Assembly (NCBI GenBank): GCA_964606385.1
Contig: CAZSFZ010000006.1
Span: 45,943-109,942 of the forward strand
Reading direction: 5' to 3'
From: an uncultured bacterium
Lineage (GTDB): Bacteria > Omnitrophota > Omnitrophia > Omnitrophales > Aquincolibacteriaceae
DNA: 64,000 nucleotides
In this document: piece after piece, positions 26,410 to 35,722 of the stretch
How positions within the stretch are numbered: the first letter of the stretch is position 1
Layout: the number at the start of each line of letters is the position of its first letter
Notes under the pieces: model-generated
Database searches by the model: none
What the model saw: the letters and a program-made list of their open reading frames with translations, nothing else
Told to the model about the DNA's origin: nothing
Made by a program: the position numbers and the translations under genes

Positions 26410-28137
26410 ATGGCAGTCATGATCAAACGGGTCGAAAGACCCCGTGAACTCAAATGGTATCACGCCGGCGCCATGCTCTATGGCGACTGGGGCACCTCCA
26501 AGGCTTACGTTCTCGGCATTGCTTTTGCCCTTGCCGGTCACGCCTCCTGGTTCTTCCTGGGACTGATGTCCCTTTTCATGATCCTGATCGGGATCTGTTA
26601 CATGATTGTTTGCCGTCTTTATCCGGACGGCGGCGGTGTCTATTCCTCGGTCAAACAGCGCTCTCAAACCCTTGCCGTGATCGGGTCTTTTCTTCTCGTT
26701 GCCAATTACACGGTCACCGTTTCTATCAGCGTACTGACAGCTTTCTATTATTTCAACGTTCCCAATCCTGAGGTCTGGGCGATCGGGGCGATCCTTGTGA
26801 TCGGCGCCATGAACTGGGTCGGCCCTACGAAGAGCGGGCATGTGGCGACAGCCATCGCGATCTTTGCTTCTCTCACGGCTTTGATCCTCTTTCTGTTCAC
26901 CGTCCCTCATCTCCCCAAGGTCGAATTATCGATGCCCGCGGGGGGGCTGATGAAGAACTGGTCTGTGTTTGTCGGGATCGTCCTCGCCCTTTCGGGCGTG
27001 GAGGTGATCGCCAACATGACCGGTATTATGGTGGAACCTGTCAAGAGGACCTCGCGTCGCGCAATCCTTCCCGTCATGATCGAAGTATCGGTCCTGACGT
27101 TTCTCTTAGGGGTCGCGATGAATGCTATTCCCGGGTTGACCGGACATGCCGAAGATATGCTGCGCGTGCTGGGGAACCACTTCGTGGGGTCTTGGTACGG
27201 AAATGTGATCGCTCTGGCGTTTGGATTCCTCCTCCTGTCGGCGGGCAACACAGCGATCACGGGCCTTGTGAGCATCCAGTTTGCGTTGGCCAAAGACCGT
27301 GAGCTGCCTCCTGTTTTCTCCAAGCTTAACCGTTTCGGTATGCCGTGGCTCGCGTTGATCATTGCGGTGGCGCTGCCGATCCTGGTACTGATTATCGAAA
27401 AAGACGTTCTCCATCTTGCGGCGCTTTACGCGATCGGTGTCGTGGGTGCCATTGCAATGAATCTTGCCACGAGCGCCACGAATTTTTCGATCCGTATGAA
27501 GCTTTGGGAGCGCCTGCTCCTTGGCTTGGGCGGCCTTATTACGATCTTTATTGAACTGACGATCGCCATTGAGAAGCGGGATGCTCTTTTCTTTGTTCTG
27601 ACCATCGTGGGGGTGGGTCTCGCTCTCCGTTATGCAGCCAAGATGATCGCTCCGGTGGCCATGCCGGAATTGGCCTCGACCGTCAACGTGCTGACGGTCG
27701 CGGAAGCCAAGGAGCTTTCCTCGCTTTATAAAAGCACGGCGATGGTCGCCCTTCGCTCTGTGAATCCCATTTTACTTGAGGAAGCCGCACTTCACGTCAA
27801 GGCCAAGGGAGAGAATTCGGTTTATCTGAGCTACGTGGAAGAGACGCCGCCTTCGCCGGAACTTCCGACCGAGATCGAGCCGTCGCGGGAATCCGTCGAA
27901 GTGCTCGCGAAAGCCCAGGAGGAAATGGAAAAGCACGGAATTACCGCGGTCCCGATATGGCAGATCGGGGACAATCCGGGCCGTTTGATCGCGCGCGCGG
28001 CCCAGGACCTCGATGTCAAAACAGTCGCGATCGGAGCGACCAAGCGAAGCGCCCTGATCAATCTTTTGCGCGGCGACGTCTTGCGGACCCTGGCCCACAA
28101 CCTCCGCAAAGAGTGCCATTTATTGATTGTCGGCTAG
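26410..28137 (+). CDS. APC-type permease fused to C-terminal universal stress protein (UspA) domain
   Basis: ~12 TM helices over ~430 aa, then a cytoplasmic alpha/beta UspA-like domain (VYLSYVEE...VAIGATKRSALINLLRGDV). Confidence 0.65.
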   Translation: MAVMIKRVERPRELKWYHAGAMLYGDWGTSKAYVLGIAFALAGHASWFFLGLMSLFMILIGICYMIVCRLYPDGGGVYSSVKQRSQTLAVIGSFLLVANYTVTVSISVLTAFYYFNVPNPEVWAIGAILVIGAMNWVGPTKSGHVATAIAIFASLTALILFLFTVPHLPKVELSMPAGGLMKNWSVFVGIVLALSGVEVIANMTGIMVEPVKRTSRRAILPVMIEVSVLTFLLGVAMNAIPGLTGHAEDMLRVLGNHFVGSWYGNVIALAFGFLLLSAGNTAITGLVSIQFALAKDRELPPVFSKLNRFGMPWLALIIAVALPILVLIIEKDVLHLAALYAIGVVGAIAMNLATSATNFSIRMKLWERLLLGLGGLITIFIELTIAIEKRDALFFVLTIVGVGLALRYAAKMIAPVAMPELASTVNVLTVAEAKELSSLYKSTAMVALRSVNPILLEEAALHVKAKGENSVYLSYVEETPPSPELPTEIEPSRESVEVLAKAQEEMEKHGITAVPIWQIGDNPGRLIARAAQDLDVKTVAIGATKRSALINLLRGDVLRTLAHNLRKECHLLIVG

Positions 28138-28261
28138 AGCTTTTTGGGAGTATTCTACGCACCTGGGGTCATTGCGACCTTGCTACTGTCTTGCGATAGC
28201 AAGACGCAAGGGAAGCAATCTTGGTTTTGAGATTGCCACGCCCCGAAAAACAGGGCTCGCA

Positions 28262-28600
28262 ATGACGCGAAAAAGGATTCTCATGAAAATTTCTAAGATT
28301 CTCTCGCTTTTTTCTGTTCTGATGTTTTCCGCTTCTGTGATCCTTTCCGCCGAGTGGTTCGACGGGGATGTCCAGAAAACCGACGTCGAGCACAACACGA
28401 TCGTGATCACGGAGATCGACCCCATCACGGAAGTCGAAGAAACCAAGGAGATCCTGGTCGACTCCGCTACAGTTTTTTCCGGGGTCACCTCACTGAAAGA
28501 GATCCGTGAAGACGATGACGTCACGATCGAGGCCCAGTACGACGAGCCGACCGATGCCTGGAAAGCCCTTTCCGTTGAGGTCGCCGAGGCCGGCGCGTGA
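28262..28600 (+). CDS. small secreted acidic protein
   Basis: Signal peptide MTRKRILMKISKILSLFSVLMFSASVILSA, then an acidic domain. The start was chosen at the Met preceding the signal. Weak. Confidence 0.35.
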   Translation: MTRKRILMKISKILSLFSVLMFSASVILSAEWFDGDVQKTDVEHNTIVITEIDPITEVEETKEILVDSATVFSGVTSLKEIREDDDVTIEAQYDEPTDAWKALSVEVAEAGA

Positions 28601-29508
28601 GCGCGCGAAAAAAAAGCCCCCTGTCGTCTAAAAGCCGTCCTCTGACCCTGGGCCTTCTCACCACTCCCGCCAAGGATATTTTCCGTTCTAATTACCATCG
28701 CGGTCTTTTAAGCGGTATCCTGCCGCGCATCCGGAAGGCAAGAGCGCGGCTCAAGATCATCATGATGCCGTCCCGGCCTTACGAAAGCCTGCAGGAGATC
28801 CTTTCGCGGCACCAGGTGGACGGCCTCATGATCCTGACATGGCGCTGGATCCATCCTTCCATCGCGCGTCTGATCGAAAAAACAAGTCACGCGCGTGTTC
28901 TCGTGGTCAATGACCCCGTTCCCGGTTTGCACGTGAATGCGCTTTATACGGATGTGGACACGGGCATGGCCCGGGCAGTCGCTTATCTTGCAAAAAAAGG
29001 ATACCGTAAGATCGGAATGCTCCACGGCCCGTGGGAAGTTCCGTTCGGAACAGGACGAAAAAAAGTGAATGTTCCTTTTATCGATACCCAGCTCAAAGTG
29101 CGGGGATTTCTGAAAGCACTCAAAGCCGGGCGCATTCCTTTGGATCCCGCCTGGCTGCGCTCCGGAGCTGCCAATAGCGAAGCGGAAGGGCACCGTGTTA
29201 TGAAAGGCTGGCTGCGTGAGAAGGACCTGCCGGAAGCCATCCTTTGCGGGAATGACGATCTCGCGTTCGGGGCGCTACGGGCTTTGCGCGAAGCGGGGAA
29301 GCGCGTGCCTCGCGATATGGCGTTGATCGGTTTTGATGATAATGAAAACGCGAAAAGATCCTCACCGCCGCTTACAACCCTTCGCCAGCCTCTCGCCCGG
29401 ATGGGGAAGGATGCTGCCGATATTTTGATCGGGAAGAGCAAAGGTCGGAATACGCGGCCTGTGTCAAAGAAGTACCTACCAGAACTCATTGTTCGTAAAA
29501 CAGCTTAA
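28597..29508 (+). CDS. LacI-family periplasmic-binding-fold protein lacking the N-terminal HTH domain
   Basis: The Peripla_BP_1-type core (LCGNDDLAFGALRAL...ALIGFDDNENAKRSSPPLTTLRQP) begins directly at the LGLLTTP segment. No helix-turn-helix lies upstream in any frame. Confidence 0.6.
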   Translation: MSARKKSPLSSKSRPLTLGLLTTPAKDIFRSNYHRGLLSGILPRIRKARARLKIIMMPSRPYESLQEILSRHQVDGLMILTWRWIHPSIARLIEKTSHARVLVVNDPVPGLHVNALYTDVDTGMARAVAYLAKKGYRKIGMLHGPWEVPFGTGRKKVNVPFIDTQLKVRGFLKALKAGRIPLDPAWLRSGAANSEAEGHRVMKGWLREKDLPEAILCGNDDLAFGALRALREAGKRVPRDMALIGFDDNENAKRSSPPLTTLRQPLARMGKDAADILIGKSKGRNTRPVSKKYLPELIVRKTA

Positions 29509-29651
29509 AGGCAACTGTCCCACGTGCCACGGGCCACGGCGTTTTTCGTGGAGCGTGGACCGTGTCCCCCGGTGTTCGGCTCGCGCCTTTATTTTATCTT
29601 GCGATAGCCGTAACTATATCTAAAGATCCTTCAAATTGATAAGGGGAGCGT

Positions 29652-30440
29652 ATGCTCATTGTTGCCATCGCTGTCGTGATCGCGCTTGGTTATTTCTTCT
29701 ATCCGTTCCAGCTTGCCGGGGTGCGGTCGCTCTTGAGGTATGTGACCGGCCTTTTCTGCTTCTGGATGGCCTTCTTTTTCACCATGCCGTCCGTGGAGCC
29801 TCATTTCGTTTCCCTCGCGGGCATGGTCATCCTGATCATTGCCGGCGCGCTGCTTTGCACGGACATGCTGATCGCGGCCGTGCTGTGGGCGGTCGATCTG
29901 ATCGGGAACATCTTTCATAAAACGCCCCAGCTTCCGCCTTATCTTCTGGAGATCTGGTCGGCGATGGAACGGATGGCGTCGCGCAAGGTGGGTGCGCTCA
30001 TCATCCTCCAGCGCAAACAAGCGCTTCGCCCTTTGATGAAGGGCGGGATGCCTTTTGACGCCGAGATCAAATCCGAGATCCTGGTCCCGCTTTTTCTGAC
30101 CTCCTCGCCCGTGCATGACGGAGCTCTTGTGGTGAACAAAGGCCGTGTGCAAACGGTCAAAGGCATCCTGCCGCTTGCGTCGCTTTCCAATCTCGCCCCG
30201 AGCTTCGGGACGCGTCACCGGGCCGCGATCGGCATCACGGAAAAGACCGACGCGATCGCGCTCGTGGTCTCCGAAGAACGCGGCCAGGTCAGCATCGCCT
30301 GCCACGGCTGTCTCATCCATATTGCCGACCGTGCGGAATACCTGAAGACCATGCATTGGATCCTGAAGGGGAAGAACATCCTCCGCCTCAAAGGCGCGAG
30401 TTTCATCGTCACCACCAAAGTGCTGGATGACCTGACATGA
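29652..30440 (+). CDS. cdaA: diadenylate cyclase (c-di-AMP synthase), CdaA/DacA type
   Basis: Three N-terminal TM helices plus a DAC domain with HDGALVV and GTRHRAAIGITE motifs. Confidence 0.8.
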   Translation: MLIVAIAVVIALGYFFYPFQLAGVRSLLRYVTGLFCFWMAFFFTMPSVEPHFVSLAGMVILIIAGALLCTDMLIAAVLWAVDLIGNIFHKTPQLPPYLLEIWSAMERMASRKVGALIILQRKQALRPLMKGGMPFDAEIKSEILVPLFLTSSPVHDGALVVNKGRVQTVKGILPLASLSNLAPSFGTRHRAAIGITEKTDAIALVVSEERGQVSIACHGCLIHIADRAEYLKTMHWILKGKNILRLKGASFIVTTKVLDDLT

Positions 30441-30492
30441 TGTGCTTCGGTGGAACCCACCACACCTACGAGGTGGGGTGGTGGAGAAACAT

Positions 30493-31974
30493 ATGAAAAA
30501 ATACATTCTCGCGATCGATCAGGGGACGACGGGTTCGCGGGCTATTCTTTTTGATGTGGCGGGACGAACCGTTGCAAGCGCCTACCGCGAGTTCAAGCAA
30601 TATTTTCCCAAGCCGGGCTGGGTGGAGCATGACGCCCAGGAGATCTGGCGTTCCTGCGAGACCGTGATCCGTGAAGCGGTCCGAAAAATCAAAATTTCCC
30701 CACAGGAGATCCTCGCGATCGGCATCACCAATCAGCGTGAGACCACCGTTCTGTGGGACCGCAAGACCTCAAGGCCTGTCCATCACGCCATTGTCTGGCA
30801 ATGCCGCCGTACATCAGCGATCTGCCACGCGCTTAAAAAGCACGAGCCTCTGATCCATCGAAAGACGGGTCTTGTGCTTGACCCCTATTTTTCCGGTACC
30901 AAGATCAAGTGGCTGTTGGAGCATGTTCCGGGTCTCCGGAAAAGAGCGGCTGCGGGACAGATCGCGTTCGGGACGATCGACAGCTGGCTTATCTGGAAGC
31001 TCACAGGCGGAAAATCCCATGTGACGGACCTCACGAATGCCTCGCGGACACTGCTTCTTAATATCAAGACGAAAAAGTGGGACCCGCAGCTTCTCAGGAT
31101 TTTCGGTGTTCCCTCCAAAGTATTACCGAAACTTCAGATGTCGGGATCGGTCTTTGGAACGACGGTCAATATCGCGGGGCTTCCGGCCGGCATTCCGATC
31201 GCTGGCGTGATGGGGGACCAGCAGGCCGCGCTTTACGGACAGGGTTGCTATGAACCGGGGACGAGCAAGAACACTTACGGCACGGGCTGCTTTATCATGA
31301 TGAATACGGGGAAGAAGCCGGTATCTTCAAAAGATGGATTGCTGACGACGCTGGCCTGCGATTTCAAAGGCCGGCCTGTTTATGCGCTTGAAGGCGCGGT
31401 CTTTATCGGGGGGGCGGTCGTGCAGTGGCTGCGGGATGGTCTTAAGATCATCAAGAGATCCGCGGAAAGTGAAAAGGCAGCCCGAATGTTGAAAGACACG
31501 GGTGGGGTTTATGTGGTGCCGGCCTTTGTGGGTCTTGGCGCGCCGTACTGGAAAAGCGACGCGCGCGGCCTTATCTGCGGGGTCACCCGGGGAACCACGA
31601 TGCCACATATCATTCGCGCCTGCCTGGAAGCGATCGCGTACCAGAGCCGGGATGTCTTTGACCTGATGCAAAAAGCTTTCGGAGGCCGGATCCATGAGCT
31701 CAAAGTAGATGGAGGTGCGTGCAAGAATGACCTGCTGATGCAATTCCAGGCGGATATTCTTGGAGCCAAGATCCTCCGTCCTAAAGTGATCGAACTCACG
31801 GCCCGAGGCGTGGCGCATCTTGCAGGCGTCACGATGGGGCTCTGGAAAAAAAGTCATGATCTGAAGAAACAGCATCAGGTGGACCGCATCTTTACGCCGC
31901 ACATGAACGGCCGCGAACGCGCGCGGCTCTATCAAGGATGGCTCAAGGCTGTTCAACGCGCCATGATCACATGA
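30493..31974 (+). CDS. glpK: glycerol kinase
   Basis: MKKYILAIDQGTTGSRAILFD...GWVEHDAQEIW and FGTIDSWLIWKLTGG, canonical GlpK. Confidence 0.9.
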   Translation: MKKYILAIDQGTTGSRAILFDVAGRTVASAYREFKQYFPKPGWVEHDAQEIWRSCETVIREAVRKIKISPQEILAIGITNQRETTVLWDRKTSRPVHHAIVWQCRRTSAICHALKKHEPLIHRKTGLVLDPYFSGTKIKWLLEHVPGLRKRAAAGQIAFGTIDSWLIWKLTGGKSHVTDLTNASRTLLLNIKTKKWDPQLLRIFGVPSKVLPKLQMSGSVFGTTVNIAGLPAGIPIAGVMGDQQAALYGQGCYEPGTSKNTYGTGCFIMMNTGKKPVSSKDGLLTTLACDFKGRPVYALEGAVFIGGAVVQWLRDGLKIIKRSAESEKAARMLKDTGGVYVVPAFVGLGAPYWKSDARGLICGVTRGTTMPHIIRACLEAIAYQSRDVFDLMQKAFGGRIHELKVDGGACKNDLLMQFQADILGAKILRPKVIELTARGVAHLAGVTMGLWKKSHDLKKQHQVDRIFTPHMNGRERARLYQGWLKAVQRAMIT

Positions 31975-33461
31975 TCCGCGATATTGAACGTTTCAAGCGT
32001 GCACCTTACGACCTTCTCGTCGTGGGCGGTGGCATCAACGGCGCGGCGATCGCGCACTTGGCTGCCAAGCGCGGTATGAAGGTTGCGCTGGTCGAAAAAG
32101 GCGACTTCGCGAGCGGCACCTCCAGCAAATCCACCAAGCTTATCCACGGCGGCATCCGTTATCTTGAGAATTTCGAGATCGATCTCGTCTATGAATCCCT
32201 CCAGGAACGTCATATCCAGCTTGAGGCCGCGCCGCATCTAGTGAAACCCCTTCCCTTTGTGATCCCGGTTTATAAAGGGGACAAACGGCCGCTTTGGATG
32301 ATGCAATTCGGTGTTTTTCTTTATGATCTTCTGGCGGGGAAATATCGGGTGAAACCGCGCAAGAACCTCAGCCGTGAAGAGGTCATGCGTTTGGAACCCG
32401 GGATTGAGCAGAAGGGCCTCAAAGGCGGCGTGCTTTATTATGATGCGCAGATGGATGACGCGCGGCTTTGCCTTGAAAATGTCCTGATGGCCGACCGGTA
32501 TGGAGCGCACGTTGCCAATTATGTGAAGGCGGTGTCTTTTATCAAGGAGAACGGCCGTGTCGCAGGGGTCCGGGCGTACGACATGCTGGGGATCAAGGAA
32601 TTTGATATCCGCGCGAAGCGGGTGATCTGCGCCGCAGGGCCCTGGACGAATGAGCTTTTGCGCCTGGATATTCCGAACGCGAAAAAGAAAGTCCGCACCA
32701 CGAAAGGCATCCACATTGTTTATAAAGGTGAGATCTCCAAACATGCCGTTCTGATCGGTTCCCAAAGCGACCGGCGCATTTTCTTTGTCATTCCCTGGAT
32801 GGGGAATTCTCTGATCGGGACGACGGACACGGACTATATCGCGAGTCCCGATGCCGTAAAGGTAGAAAAAGAAGATATTGATTATCTGGAGCGCGAATCC
32901 AAACGCGTTTTCCCAGGACTGAATTTCAGCAAGGAAAAAATCCTTTCGACTTTCGCGGGCTTGCGTCCCTTGATCCGGAAGGGGGGATCGCCTCGGAAGA
33001 TTTCGCGCAAACATCTTTTTTACACCTCGCAATCCGGCGTCATCTTTGTGGTGGGCGGAAAATACACGACCTACCGGAAAGTCGCCGAAGACTGCATGAA
33101 CCGCATTCACAAGATCTATGAGAAAGAGCCCTTCGCTCTTTATGGCGGCGGGATCATCGCGGAAACCGTGGAGGCGGTGGCGAAACGCTCGGGGCTGGAG
33201 TCTAAAGTCGTTCAGTCTTTGATGGACCTCTACGGGACCCGCTACAAGGATGTCCTGAAACTCGTCGAAAGTAATCCGGCATTAAAAGAAAAAGTCTCGG
33301 CCGAACCGCCCGTGATCAAGGCCCAGCTTGTCTATGCCGTCGAAGCCGAAATGGCGAGGACCGTGGAAGACATCACTGAACGCCGCCTCTCGCTTGTTTT
33401 TCAAGGGCCCGTATCCGAGCCAGCGCTTGCGGCTATCAAGGCCGTTCTTCCCAAGAAATAG
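31971..33461 (+). CDS. glpD: FAD-dependent glycerol-3-phosphate dehydrogenase
   Basis: YDLLVVGGGINGAAIA...GGIRYLE dinucleotide-binding and GlpD/GlpA motifs. ATGA overlap with glpK. Confidence 0.85.
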   Translation: MIRDIERFKRAPYDLLVVGGGINGAAIAHLAAKRGMKVALVEKGDFASGTSSKSTKLIHGGIRYLENFEIDLVYESLQERHIQLEAAPHLVKPLPFVIPVYKGDKRPLWMMQFGVFLYDLLAGKYRVKPRKNLSREEVMRLEPGIEQKGLKGGVLYYDAQMDDARLCLENVLMADRYGAHVANYVKAVSFIKENGRVAGVRAYDMLGIKEFDIRAKRVICAAGPWTNELLRLDIPNAKKKVRTTKGIHIVYKGEISKHAVLIGSQSDRRIFFVIPWMGNSLIGTTDTDYIASPDAVKVEKEDIDYLERESKRVFPGLNFSKEKILSTFAGLRPLIRKGGSPRKISRKHLFYTSQSGVIFVVGGKYTTYRKVAEDCMNRIHKIYEKEPFALYGGGIIAETVEAVAKRSGLESKVVQSLMDLYGTRYKDVLKLVESNPALKEKVSAEPPVIKAQLVYAVEAEMARTVEDITERRLSLVFQGPVSEPALAAIKAVLPKK

Positions 33462-33476
33462 AGAAAAGGAGAAAAT

Positions 33477-33806
33477 ATGGGATCAAACTGGAAACATGCA
33501 GTCACTGTCTATACGAAGATAGCGAAACTGTTTTATGTGTTTTCTATGTTTTTGCTAATTATTCCTACGGCATGTTTGCCGGTAACTAGAAATATGTTCA
33601 AATGGAATTTTCCAGCATGGAAATGGCTTCAGGATTTTGCGCAGACCCCTCAGGGGAGCTTTCTTGAATTTCCGGCAGCATTATGGCTACTGGGTGTTGC
33701 TTTTTTTATATTGGCTGTGACCATCAATATATTTGATCATTATTATCGAAAATCGAGAAAAGACGATTTTGCAGAAGGCGGTCGTCTGAAAGATGCTCAG
33801 AAATAG
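33477..33806 (+). CDS. small 2-TM membrane protein encoded in AT-rich islet
   Basis: Strong RBS AGAAAAGGAGAAAATATG. The ORF is markedly AT-richer (~40% GC) than its ~58-60% GC flanks. Two hydrophobic helices. Confidence 0.4.
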   Translation: MGSNWKHAVTVYTKIAKLFYVFSMFLLIIPTACLPVTRNMFKWNFPAWKWLQDFAQTPQGSFLEFPAALWLLGVAFFILAVTINIFDHYYRKSRKDDFAEGGRLKDAQK

Positions 33807-33908
33807 ATCGGTTGATGCCCTGCGAACGGTTTAGCTTTTCTTGCGAAAAACCTTTTCTGCCATTCAGTGGGTCCTTCCCATCAGATAAGTCCTAGCACGC
33901 CTTCCTGA

Positions 33909-33936
33909 TTGAGTTCGCGGGATTTTCTGGTAAGAT
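33909..33936 (+). promoter_or_regulatory. candidate promoter with extended -10 for ABC-F gene
   Basis: TTGAGT-16 nt-TGgTAAGAT, ~40 nt upstream of the ABC-F start. Confidence 0.35.
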
Positions 33937-33975
33937 ACGCACTCTTTTCGCATCCCTCTAACCAGGCTCCGGATC

Positions 33976-35598
33976 ATGATCTCAGCCAATGGCGTCACAC
34001 TACAATACGGGAAACGCATCCTTTTCGAGAACGTGAATATCATGTTCTCTCCGGGGAATTGCTATGGGCTGATCGGGGCGAACGGCTCCGGGAAGTCCAC
34101 GTTCCTCAAGATCCTCGCGGGCCTGATCGAGCCCAATGCCGGCTCTGTCGCGGCAGGGAAGAACGAGCGCATCTCCTTCCTTAAACAGGACCATTTTGCC
34201 TATGATGAATTTCCCGCGCTGACGACCGTGATCATGGGGCACGAACGCCTCTTCAAGATCATCAAGGAAAAAGACGAGATCTACGCCAAGCCCGACTTTT
34301 CGGACGCGGACGGGATCCGCACGGCGGAACTCGAGCATGAATTCGCGGAAATGAGCGGCTGGGACGCTGAGCCGGAGGCCGCGAAACTTCTGAGCGATCT
34401 CGGGATCCCGGACGACAAGCATCAAGTCCTGATGAAGAACCTCGAAGCGAGCGAAAAAGTTCGTGTGCTGCTTGCCCAGGCGCTTTTCGGCAATCCCGAT
34501 GTCCTGCTCCTCGACGAACCGACGAACCACCTCGATGTCGAGACCTGTATGTGGCTGGAAGATTTTCTCTATGAATTTAAAAATACCGCCATCGTCGTCT
34601 CGCACGACCGCCATTTTCTTGACCGTGTCTGCACGCACATCGCGGATATCGATTACGGCAAGATCCAGCTTTTTACCGGTAATTTTACTTTCTGGATGGA
34701 ATCGAGCCAGCTCGCGCTCAGGCAAAAACAAGAAGCGAACAAGGATATCGAAGCCCGGCGCAAGGAATTGCAGGCCTTTATTTCCCGGTTCAGCGCGAAC
34801 GCCTCCAAGTCGCGGCAGGCCACCTCCCGCAAAAAACTTCTCGAAAAATTGACGCTGGATGATATCAAGCCTTCTTCCCGCAAATACCCGTATGTCGCGT
34901 TCAAGTTCGAAAAGGATTCGGGCAATGATCTTCTCGAGATCGAAGGATTAGAGAAGTCCATTGATGGCGAACTTATGTTTAAGAACCTTGATCTCCGGGT
35001 GGATAAGGGAGAGAAGATCGCTTTTCTCGGACCGCTCGACCGTGTGAAGACCACGCTCTTTCAGGTGCTGGCGGGAGAACTTCCGGCGGATAAGGGCACT
35101 TTTAAATGGGGTGCCTCCACCACGCGGGCGTACTATCCCAAAGAAAACGGAAAATATTTTGAGACGGATCTGAGTTTGGTCGATTGGCTCCGCCAGTTCT
35201 CGAAAGAAACGGACGAGAATTTTATACGCGGCTTCCTGGGACGCATGCTTTTCTCGGGTGAGGAATCGCTCAAAAAAGCCTCGGTGCTCTCCGGCGGCGA
35301 GCGGGTGCGCTGCATGCTTTCCCGGATGATGCTTGTGAGCGCGAATGTGCTGATCCTGGACGAACCGACCAACCACTTGGACCTTGAATCGATCACCTCC
35401 CTCAACAAAGGTCTCGAAAGCTTCAAAGGGACCGTGCTTTTCTCCTCTCATGACCACCAGTTCATCCAGACGGTGGCTAACCGCATCATTGAACTCACGC
35501 CTCAAGGCATGATCGACAAGCGCGATATCACGCTCGATGATTATCTCGCGGATCCCGCGCTGAAAGCCCAGCGCGCCGCTCTTTACGCCAAGCCTTAA
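33976..35598 (+). CDS. ABC-F family ATPase (EttA/Uup-like translation factor)
   Basis: Two ABC domains (GANGSGKST/LSGGE... and a second Walker A/LSGGERVR signature) with an interdomain linker and no TM segments. Confidence 0.85.
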   Translation: MISANGVTLQYGKRILFENVNIMFSPGNCYGLIGANGSGKSTFLKILAGLIEPNAGSVAAGKNERISFLKQDHFAYDEFPALTTVIMGHERLFKIIKEKDEIYAKPDFSDADGIRTAELEHEFAEMSGWDAEPEAAKLLSDLGIPDDKHQVLMKNLEASEKVRVLLAQALFGNPDVLLLDEPTNHLDVETCMWLEDFLYEFKNTAIVVSHDRHFLDRVCTHIADIDYGKIQLFTGNFTFWMESSQLALRQKQEANKDIEARRKELQAFISRFSANASKSRQATSRKKLLEKLTLDDIKPSSRKYPYVAFKFEKDSGNDLLEIEGLEKSIDGELMFKNLDLRVDKGEKIAFLGPLDRVKTTLFQVLAGELPADKGTFKWGASTTRAYYPKENGKYFETDLSLVDWLRQFSKETDENFIRGFLGRMLFSGEESLKKASVLSGGERVRCMLSRMMLVSANVLILDEPTNHLDLESITSLNKGLESFKGTVLFSSHDHQFIQTVANRIIELTPQGMIDKRDITLDDYLADPALKAQRAALYAKP

Positions 35599-35722
35599 TT
35601 CCCGATCCAACCTCCGAGGTTGGATGGGTTTCGGCCGCAGTTTCATTCCTTGAAGTAGACGCTTTGTCTCAAGCAGGATAGAATCATCTCCTTAACGGAA
35701 GCATAAACTCAGGGAAACTCCG

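Noticed and set aside
28187-29607. Identical 12-mer TCTTGCGATAGC in two promoter-proximal regions (28187 and 29596), the first inside a GTCTTGC-GATA-GCAAGAC hairpin
   Set aside because: In a 64-kb window more than 100 exact 12-mer pairs are expected by chance, and no longer shared context exists. Not credible as an operator motif without more copies.
22621-33946. Shared 10-mer ATACGCACTC in the terC leader and the ABC-F promoter region
   Set aside because: Too short to be significant. Coincidence is likely.
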